Assembly: GCF_036321535.1 (NCBI RefSeq)
Contig: NC_087472.1
Location: 96,164,001-96,228,000 of the forward strand
Origin: Camelus dromedarius
Taxonomy: Eukaryota
DNA: 64,000 bases
Direction: 5' to 3'
In this document: one piece after another, positions 1 to 12,579 of the stretch
How the letters are laid out: every line of letters starts with the position of its first letter
Numbering within the stretch: the stretch's first letter is position 1
Program-made: the position numbers and the translations under genes
The notes under the pieces: model-generated
The model's database searches: none
Seen by the model: only the letters and a program-made list of their open reading frames with translations
What the model was told of the DNA's origin: nothing

Positions 1-742
1 TGTCTGCGCTGACTGGATAGAGCTAGGATTCGATCCCAAGTCCCTCTCCCCTCGTGCCCCTGCTGTGTCCACCACAGCGGGCCGCCCTGTGAGCACGCGC
101 CGTGGCAGACCATGGAGCTCAATGAGAGCATGCTCAGACTTTGCACTAGAGAGCGAAGGTGTGTGAACAAGACAGATAGAAGCTGTGATCTTCTGCAGTG
201 GCGGGGCTGTCTGCCTGCCCACTGCTGTCGCATCAGCACCTAGAGAAGTACTGTATGCTCAGTAAATACTTTGTGAGTGAAGGAAGGGAGGAAGGAAAGT
301 TTGGGACAAGAGAAGGAACTTCTCATCTGGAAATAGAATCAGAGAGCATTTAGCCTGATGCTTTGAGCCGGCATCAGGCTAACTGGGGGATACCAGGTGC
401 CTGTATGCTGTCTAACCGCCAAGTGGTTTAAGGCCCAAGAATCAGGCTAGAGTAAGATGGTGGTGCATTTTGAGATACCTATGTGGCGGGCCCTGGGGAA
501 CACAGGGCACAACAGTAGAGGTGAGATGGAGCAAAGGTGACCTACAGCTCTCAGACCTTCTCCCCTCTTATCTCAGGTGATGGCACTGGGAAGTTATCCA
601 GGAGAATTTGTGATGTTGGTAGGCGTCTGGCCGGGGGAACTTTTTTATTCAGAACTTCTAACGTCAGTGTTATAATGTGACAAGTTAGCTCTTTGTTTAC
701 TTAGAAGGCACATACTCGTCTTAGACCACACTCTAATAATCA

Positions 743-926
743 CTATGATCTTCAAACTTTAGCTTGCCTAGAATTCCTTGAAGGGCTTGCAAAAGCAGAC
801 TTCTAGCCCTGCCCCCAGAGGTTCCGATTCAGTCCGTCTGGGTGGGGCTTGAGAAGCTGCACCTCCAACAAGCTCCCAGGTGGCGCTGAGGCTGCCAGTC
901 CTGGGACCGCGCTGCAAGGACTGCTG
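743..926. mobile_element. MER5A-like hAT-Charlie MITE
   Basis: Resembles the MER5A consensus (cttcaaacttt...cccccagaggttccgattcagt...aacaagctcccaggtg). Confidence 0.6.
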
Positions 927-1774
927 CTTCAGAGTAACTGTTGGTAGTGGCTGGAGGGAGTGTCATGGAGATTAGCTAAATTTAATTGTTGGAGCTTTGT
1001 ACTGTTACTAGAGAAGCTCACAGAGTTTTAAAAATCTTGCTGTTTGAGTATTATTTAAGATAACAAGAAAAACATCATTATTTTTTTGAAGTGTTAGTTA
1101 ATTTGCAAGACTAGGAAGCAATTACTTTTCTGTGGCGCTGTCTTGGGCATTCTATGAAAAAGACAAAGTAAATCTGTACTGGGGGTTTATAACGTGCTTC
1201 AAGGTTATAGTCACACCTGAAGGCTTTCACTGACTCCTTCACTGGCCTATTTTATGACTTCATACAATTGCTTACCTTACGTTCGCCGTCTTAGGTCTAT
1301 TCACACAGAGCTGGTGTATAAGTTCTAAAAGAGGCAATGACAAACTCTGCTCATAGCTTTTAGCTCCTGGACCTCATCTGTGAGGACACAGGGTGACGAA
1401 CCTCAAGAGAAGGAACAAGGTAGAGCAATGGGAACTGGCACCTTCGATCTTAGCTCAACCAGTCATTTGCGGAGCTATGAGCCCACAAGGTGGAGTATGT
1501 GTCCTGAGACAGGGAGACTCAGTCCTCTGCCTTGAGAGAAAGGAAAACTTCAAGTGATTGTTTTATAGGTTCCTTTTAATTAAGCTGACTCTTTTTCTTA
1601 AAGGGAAACTCAGTTCTGCTTTCCTATTTTCCTTCACACAAAAAAGGGAATTTGAGTTTTACAAATTCATTTTTCAAGAGCCACCTTAATGAATGTTGCC
1701 TTCTGTCTGTGCCACCTGTACTATAATTTACTTAGTTTTTCTTTTTTTTAATTATTTTTTTAAAAAAATCTTGG

Positions 1775-1902
1775 TTTTTTGGGGGGGAGGGAGATAATCA
1801 GTTTTATTTATTTTATTTTGTTTTTAGAGGAGGTACTGGGGATTGAACCCAGGACCCTGTGTATGCTAGGCACACACTCTTCCACTGAGCTATACCCTCC
1901 CC
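1775..1902 (-). mobile_element. tRNA-derived camelid SINE (Vic-1-like)
   Basis: Reverse strand reads ggggagggtatagctcagtgg (A box)...ggtcctgggttcaatccccagtacc (B box), then an A-rich tail. Confidence 0.85.
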
Positions 1903-2119
1903 ACCTCCATAGATTTTAAAATGTTAATTTTTGTGCCACCTTTTTTGGACATCAGCAGTACACACAAAAAATACTAGTTACCATAATTAATGGGCTTTTA
2001 GTAATAGTCTCTCTCTCTCTCTTTCGCTAAGACTCCTTATTGGCATATAGTTTTCTAGAAGGCTGCATGAGTTGAAAGAAAGAGCAATGGGTTTGGTTTG
2101 CACACACACTTCATCATAG

Positions 2120-2265
2120 GTTGATGGTAGGATGTTGGGTAAGCTGCTCAACTTCACTGAGCTTCCATTTGCCCCTCTGTGAGAGGATATTAAGTCCGCT
2201 CTCCCCTACCCACCTCACAGAGTTGATGGAAAGATTAAGTGAAATGTATGTGCTTTGTAAATCGT
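2120..2265 (+). mobile_element. MIR SINE fragment
   Basis: ttgggtaagctgctcaacttcactgagcttcc...cacctcacagagttgatggaaagattaagtga resembles the MIR core. Confidence 0.55.
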
Positions 2266-2419
2266 ATGTACTTTTAAGGCATTGTTAATGTGCTACATTT
2301 AAAGAGCCGTAATCAGAAATAATCACCCTTTTATTGTTGCTTGAATCTGAAACAAAACCAAGAAACAGTACAACATGCCCTACAACAGTGTAAGTTCCGA
2401 CGTCATGTAGTTGGTGACT

Positions 2420-3080
2420 GTCGCCTGTCTGGCCGTGTGGTACGTGTATGTGTAACTTTTTAACCAACTGCCAAACTGCTTTCCACTGCGGTTGTACCAT
2501 TTTACATTCCCATCAGCAGTGTATGAGAGTTCCAGTTGCTCTATATCGTCATCAACCCTTGGTGTGGTCCATCATTTTAAAGCCTTTTTGGCCATTCTTG
2601 TGGGTATGAAGTAGTGTCTCAGTGTAGCTTTAATTGTAGTTCCCTAATGACTAATGATATTGAGGATCTTTTCCTGTACTAATTTGCCATCCATATATTT
2701 AGTTTCTTTGGTGAAGTGTCTGTTGAACTTTTTTTCTCTGTTAAAAATGAGTTGTTTATCTTATTATTGTGTTTTGAGGGTTCTTTATATATTCCAGATA
2801 AAAGTCTTCTATCAGATATCTATTTTGCAAATATTTTCTCCCTAAGAATAGCCTTTTCATTTTTGTAAAAATGTCTTTTGAAGAGTGAAGGTTTTAAATA
2901 AGCTTTAATGTATCAATTTTTTTTGTTTTATAGTGTGTCCTATTTGGTTCCAAGAAATTTTTGCCAAACCCAAAGTCACTAAGATTTTTTTCTGTTTTCT
3001 TCCAGAAGTTTTTTAGTTCTAGCTTCACATGTAGGTGTGTGATCATTTCAAGTTAATATGGTGTAAGATGTGTGGTAAGC
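2420..3080 (-). mobile_element. Old L1 (L1M) ORF2 3' fragment
   Basis: Minus-strand ORF begins MVQPQWKAVW, an L1 ORF2 C-terminal motif; typical aactgccaaactgctttccac...cattcccatcagcagtgtatgagag. Confidence 0.75.
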
Positions 3081-3478
3081 ACATCCCCCTTCACTGTTCG
3101 ATTTACTTTAAAATGCTGAACAATCTACAGAAATTAGGAATGTAAGATCCAGGAAGTTAAAGTATTCAGATTTTACCCACCATAATGTACCATGGTCATT
3201 ATTTATATCCATGATCTTCGAGCAAATATTCAGCATCATTTTGGTGTTACATGTAGTTTGTTATATTTAAATTATTTGAAGCATGGTAATCCACATGTGG
3301 AATACAGACATGCATTTTGTCAAAATATCACATTTATCTGATATATCTTGCTCTGACCTTTCAGGATAAACAGGAATTTACTTGAAATATTTTTTAAAAA
3401 ATTTACAATAATCTGTGGGCAAAAAGTCTATATTGCCATTGTATTCATTTTCTATGCTGTATAACATATTGCCATAGG

Positions 3479-3764
3479 AGCAGATCTACCAATGGTCAAG
3501 CTTCTGGATGAGAATGGAGCCCTGGGTGACACGGAAATTATTATTATTTTTTGAGCCTTGTGAAACCCTGAGCAGAGGACTCAGCTAAGCCAGGCTAAAA
3601 ACAATGCACATTTATTATGTCATAATTTCCATGGATCAGGACTCTGAGCCTGGCTTAGCTGAGTCCTCTGCTCAGGGTTTCACAAGGCTCAAAAAATAAT
3701 AATAATTTCCGTGTCACCCAGGGCTCCATTCTCATCCAGAAGCTTGACCATTGGTAGATCTGCT
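3479..3764. repeat. Perfect 118-bp inverted repeat with a 50-bp spacer
   Basis: 3479-3596 is the exact reverse complement of 3647-3764, checked base by base. Confidence 0.97.
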
Positions 3765-4143
3765 TCTGAACTCACTCAGATTGTTGGCAGAATTTATTTC
3801 ATTATAACTGTAAGACCAAAGATCTATCTTCTTGATGGTTGTCAGCCAGAGACCACCTTCAGCTTCTAGAGACCACCTGCAGTTCCTTGCCTCGTGGCCC
3901 TCTCGAAACAGGGCAGCTTGCTTCTTCAAAGCCACCAAGGGAGAAAGAATGAGTAGGCTAACAAAATGGAGTCTTATATACTATAACATCATCATGGAAG
4001 TGACATCTGTCATCTTTGTCATAGTCTCCCAGTTAGAAGCAAGTCACAGGTCCCATTCCCACTTCAAAGGGAGGGGACCGCACAAAGGCATGAACAGTAG
4101 GAAGTGGAGATCACTGGAAGCTACCTTAGGGTCTCTCTACTAT
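3597..4143. mobile_element. MaLR (MLT1-type) solo LTR
   Basis: aaaacaatgcacatttattat...ggcttagctgagtcctctgctcagggtttcacaaggct...ttagaagcaagtcacaggtcc resembles MLT1 consensus. Confidence 0.7.
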
Positions 4144-4338
4144 GGCCATAGGTTAGGTGTCCTCCATCTGTGGTCACTGCCAGGCCTCTAGCTTCACAGG
4201 CCAGTGGTTCCCAGCATAGACCTTCTGGATAGTCCCTGGATGCCTAAAACGGTGTCCAGAAAAACCTCAAACAAAAGATTAAAACAAATGAACATACAAA
4301 CTAACTTAAAAAGCTACAGTCTGTTTAAAAAAATCATT

Positions 4339-4480
4339 AGCAGGGTATAGCTCAGGGGCAGAGTGTGTGCCTAGCATCACAAGGTCCTGGGTTCAATCCC
4401 CAGTACTTCTGTTAAAATAAACAAATAAATACATACATACATAATTACTTCCCCCCAAAATAAGAAAATAAATAAAATTA
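4339..4480 (+). mobile_element. tRNA-derived camelid SINE (Vic-1-like)
   Basis: agggtatagctcagg...ggtcctgggttcaatccccagtac followed by an A-rich tail with aattacttcccccc. Confidence 0.85.
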
Positions 4481-6422
4481 TAAAAATTAAGAAGAATTTC
4501 AAACATTACCAAAAGTAGAACAATATAGTGAATCTTCATGTGTCCAGCACCCACTCATACCTAACAACCTCCATCCTATGGCCAGTCTTGCCTCATCTAC
4601 TCTCCCTTCTTGAATTATTTGAAACAAAATCCCAGGCTTCCTGTCATTTCATTCATAAATATTTCTGTATATATTATATGTCTTAATAACTTTTTTTGAA
4701 AAAGACATAATCACTATACCATTATCTCACCTAAAAAGTTAACAGTAATTCTTTAATATCATCAAATATCCAGTGTTCCAATTTCCAATTGTCTTATGTC
4801 ATCATTTAGTTATAGTCTGTATGAACCCAAATCCAAATAATGCCCATACTTTACAGTATGGTGAGATGTTTTAAAAATACCTTTTAATCTGCAAGTCTCC
4901 TCTCTATTCTTTTCTCTCTCTCTCTTTTTTTTTTTTTTTTTTGAAGTTTATTTGTTGAGATCAGGGTTTTTTTTTTCCTTTGGTTGATTTTTCTTTCTTT
5001 CTTTCTTTCTTTTTTGTTTTTTTTTTTTTTGGTTCTGTAGGGTTTCCCAGTCTGGAAATTGCTGACACACTACAATTTTTTTAAAGTGAGCTTATTGCAA
5101 AATCAACTCAACAAATACTCTTCAAAGATTTACTAAATGGCCTTTTTCTCAGTAATTACGACATCTTTCTTCTTTTCTTTCCTCCCTACTTCCTGAATTT
5201 ATTTATCTTGATCACCTCTGAGTCAATAACAAAAAGTTCTGCAAAACTGCCATCTGCTTTCCCCTGGGGTTTAGATCTTCAAACAAATTTTCCTCAATTG
5301 AATTCAAATTGAATAAAAGCATTGAAACCAAGGATCCCTCATTAGACAGTTTGTTATTTCAAAGTATTTTCTGTTTACTGTGCCTTATTTAGAATACAGC
5401 ATAATCCTATGAAGGCAATTCTGTTTGTTCAAAATGGTGTATAATTGGGAATAATTGCAATTCCCTATCTGACAAAGTCTCTCGAGTTTTGTTATTAGAG
5501 AAATTTAATTTATTGGAAAAATTGTACCAGCTGAATCTATTAATATAATGTTCCTTTTACTTCATGTTCTAAATTAATGAGGTTCTACTACATCAAGAAA
5601 TAATCACAATTTTAAATTGAAGTCTTAAAGATCTTTCAACAGATGTGTGCATTGATTACTTTTTTAAAAAATTTATAACGTCCATATAATACATGCATGT
5701 AGTTTAAAAAGTTAGTAGGACTCAGGCTTATAAAACCAACCAACCAGCAGCGCCTTTCCCTGCCTGGCTCACTCATGATTCTTGTTCCCCGGAGGCACTC
5801 AGCACTTGACAATCAACTTTCCAAAACGTTGCTGACATCTGCATCCACTGTCCTTGCCTTTCTTGTTTCCTCTGCCCTTGGGGGGGATTATACCTTTTTC
5901 ATTCTTTCTCAGTAATTCTTGTGGTGTTTGGGAGGAAGTGGAGATAATTGTGTGTATGTGTGTTCAGTTCATCATACTTAGCTTGTAGTTTGCCATTTTA
6001 AAAATTTTCTAGATCCTTTGTTGAGAGTCCAGAAGGGTAGAAGAGTTGAAACCCAAACCCTCTACCTCCCTATGTCTCCCTCTTATTTGAGGGGAGGGAT
6101 CTCTGGGCTGGCTCAGCCAAAGTGCAGTTTCTAGCTCAGTCTCCTGGCTCCCGGGCAGCTGTACTGAAGTGTGTCCCTCTTCCTCAAGAAATGGCACTTC
6201 CCAGAGCACCATATGCCACTGTGAGAGTGTCTGTGGTGGCCCCTTCCCTCTTGACCTTTCTCTCTAGGAAGGGCTGTATATGGTGGGTCTCTTGCCTCCA
6301 ACCCTGAGCACCACCCCCACATGTCACTTTTGCTCCCCGACTCTCCTCCCTTTGGGGCATGAGACCCCACTCACCCACCCCATGTCTCAGGATACCAAAG
6401 AAGATAGGGAGTGACCTTTGTG

Positions 6423-6575
6423 CAGTGATAGGCTGTAGTATGTTTAACACCTGGCCCTCCAGAGGGAAATAAGCCCTGATTTGAGCATTTGCCAATTTTT
6501 GTGGTGTAAATCCTCCCACCAAGGCTGATTTCAGACTGCCGTGGTGACTTGGAGTGGGAAGAGGTGCACAGCTGT
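6423..6575. mobile_element. hAT-type DNA transposon fossil (MER63/Blackjack-like)
   Basis: aagccctgatttgagcatttgccaatttttgtggtgtaaatcctcccaccaaggctgatttc resembles an ancient hAT MITE; family uncertain. Confidence 0.4.
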
Positions 6576-7064
6576 ATCTCTGAGCAGTATGTGCAGACTC
6601 CCACGTGGCACAGCGTTTGGGAACCAGACCCGGGGTGAGGGGGTCTTTATTCAGGACTGCCAGATTCAAGGATGAAGCCATTTGTCCTTTTCATCGAACT
6701 TCTTAGTCACTCCTGCCTTGATATTTCTGCTGGGCTGACTCTGCCAACCCTTTGGTTGTGCCTGGTCCATCAGAATCTGCCAGCTGAGACACCCGAGACT
6801 CTTCTCTGGGTCAAGAAAACTCCCGAGTGTTCTCTGGCTGAAAGTGTGTGTTCGGGTCGATCTTAATTTTGTTGTTTTCACTCTGCTTTGGTGTCCTCAG
6901 AAGAACCTCTTGGTTAATTTCATATACTAATATGAAACTCAAGGTACGTAGACATTGTGTCTTCTCCAGGTCAACCTTCTTACAGGGCTATACTGATGGA
7001 AGAGTTAGATAACTGGGATTCCTTCCTCTGCACTTCTGTTGATGATGTTTTCTTTCTTCCACAG

Positions 7065-7181
7065 TTGACAGGCCTGTCAGAGTATACGCAGATGGAATAT
7101 TTGACCTCTTCCACTCAGGTCATGCGAGGGCACTTATGCAAGCAAAGACACTGTTTCCCAACAGCTACCTGTTGGTAGGAG
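7065..7181 (+). CDS. PCYT1B: PCYT1B internal coding exon (likely exon 3), start of catalytic domain with HxGH motif
   Basis: Acceptor tttcttccacag|TTGAC; translates (V)[38 protein letters not shown]; donor G|gtaag; 117 bp. [11 protein letters not shown] fits the beta rather than the alpha paralogue. Confidence 0.97.
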
Positions 7182-8574
7182 GTAAGAAGTGCATTTTCTC
7201 TTTGTCTAGAAAACTTTTATCATGTGCTTCCTGAAAAGGTCCTCTTTCAGAGTTCTGTCATTAAAACCTCATGCTATTAATGCTCCCAATTCAGCCCACA
7301 TTGGGTCACTTGCTCGCTGCCTGAAATTTAAAGTGACATTTAAAAACCCATAGGGGGATTAACACAGTATTGTAAACGGACTATACTTAAGTGAAAAAAA
7401 CAAAACAAAACAGGGGAAATGGCATCATGAGATGGCACACCACTGATGCCCCGAGAAAGACAGACTAATACCACCAAGGGTAACTGTTCCATGTTTTCCA
7501 CTAACACCGTTCGTCTTGTGTTTGAGGCATGATCCAATTTCTGTTTCTGAAATTTTCTAGGGTTCCGGGAATATTACTGATTTCAAATCTTGGAGACCTG
7601 AGGGGATCCAGGATGATTAATGGGAACCAAGATCATTGTGTATTTCCTTTGTGTGACCCACAGCACTTAGGACAATGTTGTGCTAATAGTAGTGGCTTCC
7701 AACAGTCCTCATTACTTGAATTTATGCACAGTGTGTTAAAGAGATGGAGATTTATATACCTAAGTGATCTTGGTTCACAATGTAGGAACTGACTGACTTT
7801 GTAACTTGTGGCCAGACACAGATGGTTAGACATAGACTGAACTTTTCTTCTTCCAGAAGGCCGATAGATTTGAATTTGGGTAAAAAAAAAAAAAGTATCT
7901 GACCTGGGAGACTTGTGTCTCATCTTTGTAGCTTCTGGAAGCAGCATTTCCTTTCACCATGATCATTTTTTGGTGGCATTACATGAACTAGACACCATCA
8001 ACCCTTAGACCTCTACTGTGAGGAAAAAATGTGTTGTAAAAGACTACATATCTGTTTTTTAAAGTACTGTGTTATCTTCCACAAGTTTAAAACTACCTTT
8101 TGGATGTTTAAGAGGAGTCTTTTGCAGATTTTGCTGAGCATGGTGACCATGTGGTTGTTGAATGGCGTTCTTTATCATTATTCTCTTTAAAACAATTGGC
8201 AATACTATGAAATATCTTTTAATCACCCTATTCATAAAATTCAGGGTGAGCCTATATTTCATGTATCTCCACTAATTTAATTGTATTCAATTCGTAGTCT
8301 GTTAAACAGAATCTCTAACCTCCTGGGTGTAGTCAGATTTCTACAGGGACATGGTATTGGAACTCAAATCCCACGAGTGGCCTGGCTATGGTGAATGCAT
8401 TTTGGTAAAATTGGCATAAGACAAAGAACAATCTTCCTTTGATGTATATAGCAGCTGCCTTCCTCTAAAATTCAGCATTTATCACAGCTGTTCCTGAAAT
8501 ACTTTGCGAATATATGTAAAACAAAGTTAGGGACTAGATTCAAATAATTTTAAATAATTATGCAGAGACAGTTG

Positions 8575-8762
8575 GAAATCTTGTAGGATGTTGGAGAATT
8601 CTTATGTGGGGTTGCCCCACACATAGCAAGATGTTTAGCATTGTTGCACCCTGCTCGCTAAATGCCAATTGCTGCCTCCAATCGTAGTGACAACTAAAGA
8701 TGCTCCACAAATTTCCAAAAATGCTTCCTAGGCAATGGTGAAGCCTTTGTTGAAAACCATTG
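8575..8762. mobile_element. MER3/MER20-like hAT-Charlie MITE
   Basis: gatgtttagca...ctaaatgcca...gtgacaactaaagatgctccacaaatttccaaa...ttgaaaaccattg terminus. Confidence 0.55.
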
Positions 8763-8949
8763 TCTTAGACTAAGGGTCTTCACACTTTGTTCCCCACAAT
8801 CCATAAAAGAAATTTGAAAAACTATATACCTTCTTACAAATGTTTAAGTTGACATCTAAAATTTTCCATCCTAAATTTAAATAGTTGTAAAAGTTGTAGT
8901 TTCTGGAATATTGCAGATATTAACATTTTCCAAAATTATTAAACTTTGT

Positions 8950-10836
8950 TTTTTTTATTTTTTATTTTTTTATGAGAATAGAAAAGGAGTTTATTAGGGG
9001 TGCACTGCCATAGACCACAGCGGGCTACACAGATGAGAGTTGCCTGTGTGAGCACCAAGGGCCGGTTGTTGGGGTGTTTTAATAAGGTTGGGTCACAAGG
9101 TGCCTGATTGGCTTGTACACAAGCCTCTGGATTGGCTGTAGGTTAGGTAAGAAGTTTATGGTCCTTGAAGGGTGGTGGGGTTTCTGACTCTAATAAAGTA
9201 GGCTGAAACAAGCCAGCCTGAGCTGTTGCGAGATTAAGTATGACCTAGGGCTATTAGTCTGTTAGGGCAAACATGCCCAGTAAAGAATGTGCTTTATCTG
9301 TTGAGGGATCACAGACAGACATTTGAAAGCCCAGAAATGGGGGTCGATGGACTTTGAAGGACGTCAGTGGGCCCCACATTCCCCCCTGACAGATTGGCAG
9401 TGACAGATCTTTGGAACAGGGGTGAGGGTCTCATCTTCCGTATCTACTTCCTGCTGAACTGTGGGTGTCACACTGTCCCTGCCTGTTGTGCCAGTCTGTC
9501 CGGGGTTGTGGGGCCCTCACATCCCTGCAGCCTTAAAGGTGGGAGTGGAAGGAGACCCCAGCGGCATCCAAGGGCTGCATCACCAGGATGTTGGCTTGGT
9601 TCATGGCAGCAGTCTTGGTAGAAGGGGTGTATTGTTCCTAAGTTCACAGATCTTGGACCTCAAAGAGAGACGGTCGTTTTTGTAAGAGGATAACAACATA
9701 AAAGTAGGCGGATACCAAGATAAAGAGCTAAACTCAGGAAAAACAAATTTAAGAGTGTCTGAAAAGAAAGACCACATCCCTTCAGGGATCTAGGAAAAGA
9801 CAATGGAGAACCAGTCGGAGACCTGTTTAGTGACTACTTTTCTGTGAGCATTGACACACCTGACCCACTGGGGATATAAGTACAGCGAATGGGTCCCCTC
9901 GGGTGCGACGTTAAGAGCCATGTGGTTTTGTAAGACAGCGCTCCTTAATGGCCGAAGCAGATGTCACCCTTAATGATTTTAGTGCTTTTTTAAATATGAG
10001 GAGATGCAAGAATTTGGGCTCATAAAATCTTTTCCTGAAAATATCTATCTGAAGGCCTGTTTTGCCAGTTTTCCCAGAGCACAGAGCGCCTCATTCTAGA
10101 TCTGCGTCCTGAGCTCCTTTCAGGCTGCGCTGAAGGTCAACGATTTCAGTGGCTTGTGACTTACTCCTTGTAGAGGCAGATGGCAAGTGCCCTCATGATC
10201 ATAAATTCAACCATGGCTTGGGAGGCATTTCCTGACCATTTCATCCCACAGTGCTAAGGGTGCTCATTCCTAGGTCAGGTGAGGGTTTGTTGACAGGCCA
10301 CTCAATGTGCTAGTATGGGGCTAGGCCTTATAACCAGTAGCAAAAAGTCTCTGGACCACCTGTCTGACTAGCCTGTTATGGTCCAGGGAAACATTCCCTC
10401 TTGTTGCTTCTTCCCATATCTAGAGTTACACTATTACAATCACAAATCTCCTATAGAACTAGGTATCTGGTTAACTGCTTCAAGTTGCTACTTGTTGCTC
10501 TAATTGAGGTTGAGTAACTTTAGAAGAAAATTCATATCTATGGCCAGGATCAGAGCAGGTATTAATTGGCCAGGTGAGGGAATCCCACCTACTAATTATC
10601 GCTAGAGGCCTGAACAAAATTATAACCTCTTTCCTCTAGAATAAATTTCCTAAAGGCATACCAATTAGACCCTTAGAGTGGAGAGAAAATCCACCAAGGG
10701 AACCCCGGAGTACTGGATATAGGTAGTTGACCCTAAACATAACAATTGAATTAACTTTAACTCTGCATAAGATCACGAAATACATTTAGATTACTGAGCT
10801 TTAGAAACACACCTAGAGTGTTTTTGTGATAATTCA
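8950..10836 (-). mobile_element. Processed (L1-retroposed) class I ERV fragment: degenerate env TM + PPT + U3-R + poly-A
   Basis: 12-bp TSD attaaactttgt (8938-8949, 10837-10848). Minus strand: AVLQNHMALN (9939-9910), CTYIP (9884-9870), PPT aggggggaa (9387-9379), LTR starting TG at 9378, AATAAA about 18 nt before the A-rich tail. Confidence 0.85.
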
Positions 10837-12579
10837 ATTAAACTTTGTAACAATCCCCAGGGGCAGGACAACTTTTTGTTGGCTATGTCTTGTACCCTTT
10901 CTCAAAATTTGCATTGTAAAAACATGGATCGTACGTTGAGTATGTTTAGCTTTGTAAGAAATCTCCAAACTCTTCCAAAGTAGCTGTACCATTTTGCATT
11001 TCCACCAGCAATGAATGAGAATTGCTTTTGCTCCAAATCTTCACTAGCATCTGGTATTCTCAGTATTTTGTATTTTGCCCATTCTAATTGGTGTATAGAC
11101 TGTCTGTTGTTTTATTTTATAATTCTGTGATGACATATGATGTTGAACATCTCTTTTTATATGCTTACTTAACATCTGTATATCTTCTTTGGTGAGGTGT
11201 CTGTTCAGATCTTTTGTCCATTTTTAAGTCAGGTTGTTCATTTTCTTGCAAGTTTTAAAAACATGGTGAGATAAGGGTTCCTGGAGAAGACTAGGTAGAA
11301 CATTTGCATCTTATTGTTGAGTTATGAGTTCTTTGTATAATTTGGATAATAGGCCTTTATCATTTGTGTCTTTTCAAATATTTTCTACAAGTCTGTGGTT
11401 TGTCTTCACAGTCCATTGACATTGCCTTTTGCAGAGCAGAAGTTTTTAATTTTAATGAAGTCCAGTTTACCAATTGTATCTTTGGTGGATTGTACCTTTG
11501 GTGTTGTATCTAAGAAGTCACCGCCATGCCTAAGGTCATCTGCGTTTTCTCATATGTTACCTTCTAGGAGTCTTATACTCTTGTGTTTTATGTTTTGATC
11601 TCTGATCCATTTTGAGCTAATTTTTGTGAAGGGTATAAGACATGTGTTTAGATTCCTTTTTATTTTTTTTGCATGTGGATGTCCAGTTGTTATAGCACCA
11701 TTTGTTGTAACAACTTTGTTTCATTGTATTGCCTTTGCTCCATTGTCAAAGATCAGTTGACTGTATTTATGTGGATCTATATCTGGGCTCTCTATTCCAT
11801 TCCATTGATCTATTGGTCCATTCTTTCACCAATGCTACACTTTCTTGATTACTGTAGCTTTATAGGAAGTATTGAAGTTGGGTAGTACCAGTCTTCCAAC
11901 TTTGTTCTTTTCCTCCAATATTAATTTGGCTCTTCTAGGTTTTTTCTGTCTCCAAATAAACTTTACTATCACTTTATCATTAGCCACAAAATAACTTGCT
12001 GGTGTTTTGGTTGGGATTGCTTTGAATCTATAGATCAGTTGGGAGGAATTAACATCTTGACAGTATTGAGTCTTCCTGTCTATGACCATGAAACATATTT
12101 CTATTTATTTTGTTCTTTGATATCATTCATCAGGATTTTGTAGTTTTTCTCATAAAGATCTTATATGAATTTTATTAGATTTATACCTAGTTATTTCATT
12201 TATTGGGGGATGCTAATGTAAATGGTAATGTGTTTTTAATTTCAAAGTCCACTTGTTTGGTGCTGGTATATAGGAAAGTGATTGACTTTTTAATTAACCT
12301 TGTATCCTGTAACCTTATTCTAATTGCTTATTATTTCTAGGAGGTTTTTTGTTGTTGTTGATTCTTTAAAATTTTCTACGGAGATGATCATGTCACCTAT
12401 AAACAAAAGCAGTTTTATTACTTTCTTCCCAATCTGTATACCTTTTATTTCCTTTTCTTATTTTACTGTGCTAGCCAGGACTTCAAGTACAGTGGTGAGG
12501 GGGGCATCCTTGTCTTATCCCTGATCTTAGTGAGAAAGCTTCAAGTTTCTCACCACTAAGTATTATGTTAGCTGTAGGG

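Noticed and set aside
1826..1902. tRNA-like sequences (also near 4340 and 18905)
   Set aside because: A/B boxes followed by A-rich tails in several diverged copies mark these as SINE heads, not tRNA genes.
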